This document shows positions 51,091 through 64,000 of a stretch of 64,000 nucleotides of DNA, piece after piece (position 1 is the first letter of the stretch; every line of letters starts with the position of its first letter). This DNA comes from an uncultured delta proteobacterium (lineage in GTDB: Bacteria > Myxococcota > Myxococcia > Myxococcales > Anaeromyxobacteraceae). A model generated the notes under the pieces. That model made no database searches. It saw nothing but the letters and a program-made list of their open reading frames with translations, and was not told the DNA's origin. The stretch is from the NCBI GenBank assembly GCA_963845515.1, contig CAWJSR010000020.1, positions 32,001 to 96,000 on the forward strand, in the 5' to 3' direction. The translations under genes and the position numbers were made by a program.

Positions 51091-52395
51091 TCAGCGGTCG
51101 GAGGCCTCCAGCCGCATCGCCTCGCGCTCGCGTGACGCCTGCGTCGCCAGGCGCGCCTCCTCCCGCTCTATGGCCGCGAGCCGGTCGGCGAGCGTCGGGT
51201 GGCTGTAGTGCCACGCGCTGAACCATGGGTGCGGATCCACGTTGGAGAGGTTCGACTCGTGCAGCCGCACGAGCGAGCTGGCGAGCGCCTCCGGCTGGCC
51301 CGAGAGGGCCATCGCGAACTGGTCCGCCTCGTACTCCTGCCGGCGTGAGAGCCACGCACCGACCGGCGTCATCCAGAAGAGGAACGCGCCGCCCGCGAGC
51401 GTCACCAGGGCCGTGGCGGCGTGGAGCGACGGCGCCGCGAAGCCGAAGGCGTCGTAGAGCGGCCGCCAAGGCACGAGCAGCGACAGGATCCAGAGCATGG
51501 CCAGCGTCCCGGCGAGGGACCAGAGGAGCCGCAGCTTCACGTGGGCACGCTTGAAGTGGCCGATCTCGTGCGCGAGGACCGCCGCCGCCTCGTCAGGCGT
51601 CGTCTGCGCGAGGAAGGTGTCGAAGAGGACGATCCGCGGGCGGAAGATCCCGGCGAACCAGGCGTTGGCGTGGCCCGAGCGGCGCGAGGCGTCCATCACG
51701 AAGAGGCCGCGGTTGTGGAAGCCGGCGGCGCTCGCCAGCGCGTCGAGCCGCGCCTTCAGCTCCCCTTCGGGGAGCGGATGGAATCTATTGAAGAGAGGAG
51801 CGATGAAGGTGGGCCAGAGCCAGAGCACGAAGAGCTGGAACGCCGCCATCAGCGCGAAGAGCCAGAGCCACCAGAGCCGGCCGCTCCGGGTCACGACGCC
51901 GTAGACGGCGTAGAGGAACGGCACCCCGAAGAGCCCGACGAGCGCCATCGCCTTCGCCTTGTCGGCGATCCAGGTCGCGGGGGTCGTCCGGTTGAAGCCG
52001 AAGCGCTGCTCGATGACGAAGATCTGGAAGGCGGCGACGGGGGCGCTGGTCGCCACGTGGACCATCGTGACCAGCGCGAGGAAGACCACGAACAGGTTCG
52101 CCCCCCGCAGCCCCGCCGACGCGAGCGCGCGGTCGAGGAGCGGCAGGACGCCGGAGAAGACCAGGACCAGGATGACCGCGAGATCCCAGGTGTTCCGCGC
52201 CATGGCCAGCTGGCCGTTGGCGCGCACGTAGGCGCGGCTCTTCTCTGCAGCCCCCTCGTCGTACCAGGCCGCGATCAGCTCGGGTACGCCGGTCTGGGTG
52301 CGCGCGTGGCGGACGTTGAGCGCGAGGAGCGCCGTCTCGACGAGGTACTGGAGGAGCAGGGCGAAGGCTACGGCTCCGGCGACGATGGCTGCCAT
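51091..52395 (-). CDS. Ste24-like M48 metallopeptidase
   Basis: FGFNRTT, MDASRRSGHANA, HEIGH, EYEAD, SHP. Confidence 0.92.
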   Translation of the reverse strand: MAAIVAGAVAFALLLQYLVETALLALNVRHARTQTGVPELIAAWYDEGAAEKSRAYVRANGQLAMARNTWDLAVILVLVFSGVLPLLDRALASAGLRGANLFVVFLALVTMVHVATSAPVAAFQIFVIEQRFGFNRTTPATWIADKAKAMALVGLFGVPFLYAVYGVVTRSGRLWWLWLFALMAAFQLFVLWLWPTFIAPLFNRFHPLPEGELKARLDALASAAGFHNRGLFVMDASRRSGHANAWFAGIFRPRIVLFDTFLAQTTPDEAAAVLAHEIGHFKRAHVKLRLLWSLAGTLAMLWILSLLVPWRPLYDAFGFAAPSLHAATALVTLAGGAFLFWMTPVGAWLSRRQEYEADQFAMALSGQPEALASSLVRLHESNLSNVDPHPWFSAWHYSHPTLADRLAAIEREEARLATQASREREAMRLEASDR

Positions 52396-52497
52396 GGGAT
52401 CCAATATGGCGAGCCCCGATCCGGCGCGCAGCGAAACGGGGCCGGGCGCTCCGAACAGGGGGTGTGGAGCTGCCCCCCGCAGGAGGCGCTGCGCCCT

Positions 52498-53565
52498 CTA
52501 GCGAGCGGCGACGCCCTCGCGCAGCAGGCCGTAGCGCACCTTCAGCTTGAGGATCCGGAGGACCGACTCGTCCAGCCGCGCGACGAGCCGCGGATCCTGG
52601 CGGACCAGCTGGAGCACGGCGGCGCGCGGGTCCACCCCCTTCTCCCAGTCGACGGGGGCCGTGGTCAGGAGGACGTCGTTCCCGGCCAGGAAGGCGCGCC
52701 GGATGAGCTCGCTCGGGTCGCCTCCCGTCGCGAGGAGCAGGCTGGGGACGGCGAGGTCGTCGGTCACCGCGAGCCAGTCCTGGAGGTGGGCTCGGGCGAC
52801 GATCTCCGGCGCGAGGATGGCCGGGACGCCGCCGTACGCGGCGAAGCCCACGTTGGCCAGCATCACGCCGCCGAGCGCCTCGCCGGCCGCGACGAAGGCC
52901 GCCTGCTGGCGGGCGATCTCCTGCGGCTCGCGGTCCACGATGAGGAGCGCCTTGTCGGACGAGCCGGCCTCCGGGCCGTACCCGGGGTAGTGCTTGCCGA
53001 TGGCGATCACGCCCGCGCTCGCGAGCCCCCGGGCGAACGCCTTGCCCAGCCGCGCCACGAGGACGGCGTCGGCGCCGAGCGCGCGCTTGGTCTCGTGCAT
53101 GAAGCCGCGGTCTGCGAGGTCCAGGACGGGTCCCAGGCTCGTGTTGAGCCCGAGCGCCTTCATGTCGAGCCCCGCGCGCCGCCCCCACGCCTCCGCCTCC
53201 CAGGAACCCTCGGCGCCGAGGTCGCGTGCGGGTGGCAACGCGCCGAGCGTCGGGATCGACCGGAGCCGGTTCAGCTCGCCCCCCTCCAGGTCGACCGAGA
53301 TCAGGAGCGGGATCCTGGACCGCCGCTGCAGCGCCTCCACTCGCGTCCGCATCGCCTCGGGATCGCGGAGGATCCTGCCGAGCAGGATCACACCACCCAG
53401 GTCGATCGGTCCGTCCCCGCCCGGCGGGTGCGCGACGACGAGCTGCCCGACCTTCTCCTCGAGGGTCATCGCCGCGAGGGTTCGCTCGGCGAGGCCAGGA
53501 GGCGTGGCGGGCCCGGCTCCGGCCGCTGCGGTCAGGGCGATCGACGTGAGGAGCGGGAGGACCAT
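52498..53565 (-). CDS. Secreted GH3 glycoside hydrolase (NagZ-like N-terminal barrel only)
   Basis: MTLEEKVGQL, VDLEGG, GPVLD, KHYPGYG, VTDDL, AGNDVLL. Confidence 0.85.
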   Translation of the reverse strand: MVLPLLTSIALTAAAGAGPATPPGLAERTLAAMTLEEKVGQLVVAHPPGGDGPIDLGGVILLGRILRDPEAMRTRVEALQRRSRIPLLISVDLEGGELNRLRSIPTLGALPPARDLGAEGSWEAEAWGRRAGLDMKALGLNTSLGPVLDLADRGFMHETKRALGADAVLVARLGKAFARGLASAGVIAIGKHYPGYGPEAGSSDKALLIVDREPQEIARQQAAFVAAGEALGGVMLANVGFAAYGGVPAILAPEIVARAHLQDWLAVTDDLAVPSLLLATGGDPSELIRRAFLAGNDVLLTTAPVDWEKGVDPRAAVLQLVRQDPRLVARLDESVLRILKLKVRYGLLREGVAAR

Positions 53566-53664
53566 GAGCGGCTCCGAGTCTGCACGACCGGGGGGTGGAG
53601 GCAAGCCCGCGGCCGGCCCCGGGTTGACGGCGCCCCCTCCGATTCCCTACCTTCCGCGGCTCCG

Positions 53665-55083
53665 ATGTCCGACACCGTGATCCTGGGGGCCCTGCGCTCC
53701 CGCGCCAGCGGCGAGCAGGCGCCCCACCCCCCGGGCGCCCGGAAGGTCTTCGTCCACACCTTCGGCTGCCAGATGAACGAGTCGGACTCGGCCCGGATGG
53801 TCGAGCTGCTCGGCCGCCACGCCTTCGCTCCCGCCGCCAGCGCCGAGGAGGCAGACCTCATCCTGCTGAACACCTGCGCGGTCCGCGAGAAGGCCGAGCA
53901 GAAGCTCTTCTCCGCGCTCGGTCGCTACCGCGAGGTCAAGGCGCGCCGGGGGGCCCTCATCGCGGTCGCCGGGTGCATCGCGCAGCAGGAGAAGGAGAAG
54001 CTCCTGAGGCGGGTGCCCTACGTCGACTTCGTCTTCGGCCCCGACAACATGGGGCGGCTCCCAGAGATGATCGAGCGGGCCCGGGCGCGCGAGCGGTTCG
54101 CCGAGACGAAGTGGATGGACTCGCAGGAGTACGTCTTCCCCCGCGCGGACGCGGAGGCGTCGCGCGGACAGCCGACGGCCTTCGTCACGGCCATGAAGGG
54201 CTGCGACAACGTCTGCGCCTTCTGCATCGTCCCGAAGACGCGCGGTCGCGAGGTCTCCCGGCCGCACCAGGAGATCGTCGCAGAGTGCCACGCGCTCGCC
54301 GCCGTCGGGGTGCGCGAGGTGACGCTGATCGGGCAGAACGTGAACTCCTACGCGGGCGGCTGCGACTTCGCCGAGCTGCTGGCGCGGGTCGCGGAGCTGG
54401 ACGGGCTGGCGCGCGTCCGCTTCACCACCAGCCACCCTCACGACCTCTCCGACTCGCTGATCGACGCCTTCCGGGACGTCCCCAAGGTGATGCCGCACTT
54501 CCACCTGCCGGTTCAGTCCGGCTCGGACGCGGTGCTCGCCAGGATGCGGCGCGACTACGGCGTGGGGCAGTACCTCGACCGGTTCCAGCGGCTCCAGGCG
54601 GCGCGTCCCGGGATCGCGATCACCACCGACTTCATCGTGGGCTTCCCCGGCGAGACCGACGCCGACTTCGAGGCGTCCCTGGCGCTCCTCGAGCGCGCCC
54701 GCTTCGAGAACAGCTTCTCGTTCATCTTCAGCCCCCGCCCGGGGACCGTCGCCGCGCAGCGGCTGAACGGGGCGCCTGACTGGGCCGAGATCCCGCGCGC
54801 GCTGGCGGTCGAGCGGTTGGAGCGGCTGCAGGCGGTCCAGCGCCGGATCGTCGGCGAGATCCTCGCCGCCGAGGTGGGGCGCGAGGTCGAGGTGCTCGTC
54901 GAGGGCTGGAGCGACGATCCCGAGCGGCGCGCCGGCAGAACCCCGGAGAACCGGATGGTCCACTTCGCCGCCGACGAGACCGCCGCACCCACCGGCGCGC
55001 GCGTGCGGGCCGGGGTGGTGCGCGCCCACTCCAGCTCCCTGGCGGGTGAGCTGCTCTCCCCCGCGCGGAGCCAGCTTGGTTGA
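53665..55083 (+). CDS. miaB: tRNA-2-methylthio-N6-isopentenyladenosine synthase
   Basis: FGCQMN, NTCAVRE, GCDNVCAFC, HLPVQSGS, TRAM domain. Confidence 0.95.
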   Translation: MSDTVILGALRSRASGEQAPHPPGARKVFVHTFGCQMNESDSARMVELLGRHAFAPAASAEEADLILLNTCAVREKAEQKLFSALGRYREVKARRGALIAVAGCIAQQEKEKLLRRVPYVDFVFGPDNMGRLPEMIERARARERFAETKWMDSQEYVFPRADAEASRGQPTAFVTAMKGCDNVCAFCIVPKTRGREVSRPHQEIVAECHALAAVGVREVTLIGQNVNSYAGGCDFAELLARVAELDGLARVRFTTSHPHDLSDSLIDAFRDVPKVMPHFHLPVQSGSDAVLARMRRDYGVGQYLDRFQRLQAARPGIAITTDFIVGFPGETDADFEASLALLERARFENSFSFIFSPRPGTVAAQRLNGAPDWAEIPRALAVERLERLQAVQRRIVGEILAAEVGREVEVLVEGWSDDPERRAGRTPENRMVHFAADETAAPTGARVRAGVVRAHSSSLAGELLSPARSQLG

Positions 55084-55474
55084 CCGGATCCTCGCACGGG
55101 CGCTCCGCGCCTGGTGGCCGGCGCTCGCCTGGGCGACGATCATCTTCGTCGCCTCGCATCAGTCGCGGCCGCTCCCGATCGCGCCGCCGTTCGCCCACGC
55201 CGACAAGGTCGTCCACGCGGTGATCTTCGGGCTGCTCTCCGCGCTCGCCGCCAGGGCGCTGCTGGCGGCGGGGCAGGCTGGGCGGCGGGCGCTCTGGCTG
55301 GCGGTGGTCGCGACCAGCCTCTACGGCGCCGGCGACGAGTGGCACCAGTCCTTCGTGCCGGGGCGCGACAGCGATCCGGGCGACTGGGCGGCCGACACGG
55401 CCGGAGCCGTCGCGGGGGCGCTGTTGGTCGTCGGCTTGCCGCGCCGCAAGTCGCGGGCTAGCATCCGCGGCTGA
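55076..55474 (+). CDS. VanZ-family membrane protein
   Basis: DKVVH, DEWHQSFVPGR..DWAAD; TTG start with GGAG SD. Confidence 0.85.
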   Translation: MVDRILARALRAWWPALAWATIIFVASHQSRPLPIAPPFAHADKVVHAVIFGLLSALAARALLAAGQAGRRALWLAVVATSLYGAGDEWHQSFVPGRDSDPGDWAADTAGAVAGALLVVGLPRRKSRASIRG

Positions 55475-55475
55475 A

Positions 55476-56007
55476 ATGCCGATCATCCGGCCATTCGGCG
55501 GCAAGGCGCCGGTCCTCCGCGACGGCGTGTTCGTGGCGCCGGGTGCCGTCGTCCTCGGGGACGTGGAGATCGGCGAGCGCTCGTCCGTCTGGTTCGGCTG
55601 CGTCCTGCGCGGAGACGTGAACCACATCCGGATCGGCGCGCGCACCAACGTCCAGGACGTCACGACCATCCACGTCACGAGCAAGACGCATCCCACGATC
55701 GTCGGTGACGAGGTCACCATCGGACATCGCGTCGTGCTGCACGGCTGCACGATCAAGGACCGCTGCCTGATCGGGATCGGCTCGGTGGTGATGGACGGCG
55801 CGGTGGTCGGACCCGAGTCGGTGGTCGGGGCGGGGGCGCTCGTCCCGCCAGGGATGGTCGTGCCACCGCGCACGCTCGTGATGGGATCGCCGGCGAAGGT
55901 GAAGCGCGACCTCACCACGGGGGAGATCGAGGCCCTCCGCAAGTCCGCGGACAACTACGTCGAGTACGCGGCGCTTCACGCCGCCGAGGGGGGGGCCGAG
56001 TCGATGA
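55476..56007 (+). CDS. Gamma-carbonic-anhydrase (YrdA) family hexapeptide-repeat protein (in frame with the next domain in this assembly)
   Basis: LRGDVN, NVQD..IH, GHRVVLHGC. Confidence 0.88.
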
Positions 56008-56462
56008 CGAACGTCGAGGTCCTCCAGCGCTGCGCGCTCTTCAAGGACTTCACCGAGGTCGGGCTCAGGATCTTCGCGGAGATCGCGGTCCCGAGATCGG
56101 TCCCTCCCGGCAGCCCGCTCTTCGCCGAGAACATGGTCGGCGAGGCGCTCTTCATCGTGAAGTCGGGGACCGTGCGCGTCACCCAGCGCGCCGCCGCCGG
56201 CGAGCGGGAGCTCGCGGTGCTCGGACCCGGGGAGGCGCTCGGCTCGCTCGCCGTCCTCGCGAAGGGGGTCCGGCTGGTCTCGGCAGTGGCGGTGACGCCG
56301 CTGGAGGTGCTCGAGATCGCCCACCGCGACTACTTCAAGAAGATCGCCGAGAAGCCCCAGGCCTGCCTGAAGCTCGCGCTCGCCATCGCCGCCGACCTCG
56401 CCGCCAAGGCGGCCGACAGCCGGGAGGCGCTGCGCGAGGTCCACGGGAAGAAGTCGGGCTGA
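56004..56462 (+). CDS. Cyclic-nucleotide-binding-like domain protein
   Basis: LFIVKSGTVRV...LGPGEALGSL...RLVSAVA; ATG at 56004. Confidence 0.8.
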   Translation: MTNVEVLQRCALFKDFTEVGLRIFAEIAVPRSVPPGSPLFAENMVGEALFIVKSGTVRVTQRAAAGERELAVLGPGEALGSLAVLAKGVRLVSAVAVTPLEVLEIAHRDYFKKIAEKPQACLKLALAIAADLAAKAADSREALREVHGKKSG

Positions 56463-57149
56463 TGCTGGAGCGCCTCGTAGAGATGCTGGCGGGCCACGGG
56501 CTCCACGCCGGCTACGTCGCCGTGTTCACCGTGCTGCTGCTCTGCGGCTTCGGCTTCCCGCTGCCGGAGGACGTCATCCTGGCGACCGGTGGCGTGCTCG
56601 CGTGGCTGGCGCGCGGACGGCCGCTCCACTCGTTCGGCGCGATGTTCAGGGACACGGGGCTCCTGACGATGATCGTCGTCGGGCTCGCCGGGATCCTCGT
56701 CGGCGACTCGATCATCTACATGGCGGGGCGCCGCTTCGGCCACCGCGTCGCCGACTTCCGGCCGCTCCGGCGGATCATCACCCCCGCCAAGCTGGAGCGG
56801 GTGGAGAAGGAGCTTCGGCTGCGCGGGAACATCCTCGTGATGCTCGCCCGCTTCCTCCCCGGCCTGCGCGCCCCGACCTTCTTCGTCGTCGGCCACGCGC
56901 GCCTGCCGTACTGGGAGTTCCTCCTGTTCGACGGCGCGGCGGCGCTGGTCTCGGCGCCGCTCTGGGTCTGCGTGGGCTTCTGGTTCGGGTCCGACATCCA
57001 GCAGGCGGCGCGCCACGCCAGCAAGTTCTCGCACTACATCGTCGGGGCCGCGCTCGTCGTGGCGGCGATCCTCGTCTTCCGCTGGCGCAGGCAGCGCGCG
57101 CGGGAGCTCGCCGCCGCCGCGGCGAAGGTGGCCCCCGAGCAGAATCTAG

Positions 57150-62629
<5,480 letters not shown>

Positions 62630-62697
62630 GGAGCACTCGGAGGTTTGCCCCGCGGTGGAGGGGGGGTACAATCGCCGTCCACTGGAGGTTCTGCCGA

Positions 62698-64000
62698 ATG
62701 GACCGTCGGGCATCGATCCGCGCCGCTGTCGTCGTAACGCTGCTCGCAGCAGGCGGCTGTCAGGACTACAACTTCAACCCGGTCGGCCACTGCCTGATCC
62801 AGCCGGGGACGAAGCGGTACACGCTCTCCAACCTCTCGACCGCGGACGTCCTCTTCGTCGTGGACGACTCGGGCTCGATGGCCGGCGAGCAGCAGAGCCT
62901 CAGGGACAACTTCACCACGTTCCTGGCGAGGCTGCAGGAGGCCAACCTCCAGCGGGTCGCCAGCAACCTCGATCCGATCGACTTCCACATCGCCATCACG
63001 TCGACCGCCCAGTACCGGAACCTCCCGGTGACCGGCGGCTCGACCTGCAGCAGCACCTGCAGCGGCGCGGCGGGGGCATTGGTCTGCTGCCAGGGCGGCA
63101 CCCCGCAGCCGGTGAGCTGCAAGGTGAACTCGGACTGCGCGTCAGGCTTCACCTGCAGCGGAGACTGCGACACCGACTGGCCCGCCGCGAGCCCCGCCTG
63201 CTTCAGCTCCACCTGCAGCCCGCAGCGGATCCCATGTGACGTCGCCGGGCACGAGTGCGGGAACCTCAACAAGTACTACTCGTTCACCTCGTGCGACCCC
63301 TCCTACGCGACCGGCCTGTTCACGGCCAACAGCGAGTACCCCGCGGGACGGTTCATGGCCGCCCCGGCTGGCGGCAGCGATCTCGTCCTGGACTTCGACA
63401 AGTCGCTCTATGAGCCGACGGTCAATCAGGCGGCCATCGACGCCCTCTCGCTCAAGTTCCAGCAGAACATCCAGGTCGGGACCTGTGGCTCGGGGCAGGA
63501 GACGGGGCTCGACGCCGCGCGCCTGGCGCTCGAGCGCGTGCGGGGCGCCGGCGGCCTGGCGCAGACGCCGGGGTACGCCTCCGGCGGGTTCCTCCACAAC
63601 AACGCCAAGCTCGTGGTCGTCTGGGTGACGGACGAGGACGACTGCTCGGCGCCGGCTACGGGCTCCGACGCCGTCGTCTTCCGGTACACCCCTCCGGCCG
63701 ATCCGGACGTCTGCGAGGTAGACGCCGCCGTGGGCGGGGAGAACCGTCAGACCCCCTCGTCGGCGTACGCCGACTACTTCATGTCGCTCGGGCGCCCCTT
63801 CGGGGCGGCCTTCATCGCGTCGATGACGAACGGCTGCGCCGACCAGAACTGCACGGCGGCCAAGTGCTGCGGCGCCAACGGGGTCATCGACGCGTGCGGA
63901 GTGGGGATCTGCTCCGACAACGTCTCTTGCGGAGCCCTGAACGAGTCGACCCGCTACGCCGCCCTCGCGGGCGAGCTCCGTCAGCGCGGCGCCGACGTGG
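62698..64000 (+). CDS. vWA-domain Cys-rich lipoprotein (CglB/MtsD-like), runs off window end
   Basis: Not in the ORF track because it has no stop in the window. Manual translation: MDRRASIRAAVVVTLLAAGGCQDYNFNP...DVLFVVDDSGSM (MIDAS)...GSGQETGL...VTDEDDCS; SD GGAGG; TACAAT upstream. Confidence 0.85.
   Translation, partial: MDRRASIRAAVVVTLLAAGGCQDYNFNPVGHCLIQPGTKRYTLSNLSTADVLFVVDDSGSMAGEQQSLRDNFTTFLARLQEANLQRVASNLDPIDFHIAITSTAQYRNLPVTGGSTCSSTCSGAAGALVCCQGGTPQPVSCKVNSDCASGFTCSGDCDTDWPAASPACFSSTCSPQRIPCDVAGHECGNLNKYYSFTSCDPSYATGLFTANSEYPAGRFMAAPAGGSDLVLDFDKSLYEPTVNQAAIDALSLKFQQNIQVGTCGSGQETGLDAARLALERVRGAGGLAQTPGYASGGFLHNNAKLVVVWVTDEDDCSAPATGSDAVVFRYTPPADPDVCEVDAAVGGENRQTPSSAYADYFMSLGRPFGAAFIASMTNGCADQNCTAAKCCGANGVIDACGVGICSDNVSCGALNESTRYAALAGELRQRGADV

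Overview
Very GC-rich, gene-dense chromosomal window from a myxobacterium, most likely Anaeromyxobacter-like. This is inferred from romR-, frzS- and TIGR02266 PilZ-type genes, an orphan groEL and Cys-rich lipoproteins. It holds about 50 genes. Housekeeping genes: mutS2, nadD, a Clp ATPase, pfkA, groEL, valS, nadC, birA, coaX, murJ, rlmI, coaBC, udg, rlmD, miaB, guaB, guaA. Myxobacterial signalling and motility genes: REC-GGDEF, CheW-like, romR, frzS, an ECF12/SigR-like sigma with anti-sigma, PilZ and PilZ-Hsp70. I saw no rRNA, tRNA, CRISPR array or autonomous IS. About 17 apparent single-base frameshifts, many in short G/C runs and some in normally essential genes, point to uncorrected long-read indels rather than pseudogenes. 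The best candidate novel system is at 1.2-5.9 kb: a Zn-ribbon protein, an ECF sigma, a membrane ZAS anti-sigma, a lipoprotein caspase (C14) with EF-hand, PEGA-like domain and outer-membrane barrel, and a Cys-rich lipoprotein. It may be a protease-triggered trans-envelope sigma switch. Other highlights: a 182-bp TA/CTAG-targeting MITE that carries the stop codons of two convergent genes, a ValS/histone-H1-like tail junction with an internal SD-ATG, a CIRCE-like operator at groEL, a SigR-type autoregulatory promoter, and recurrent leaderless-type gene starts. All family assignments come from motif recognition; no database search was run.
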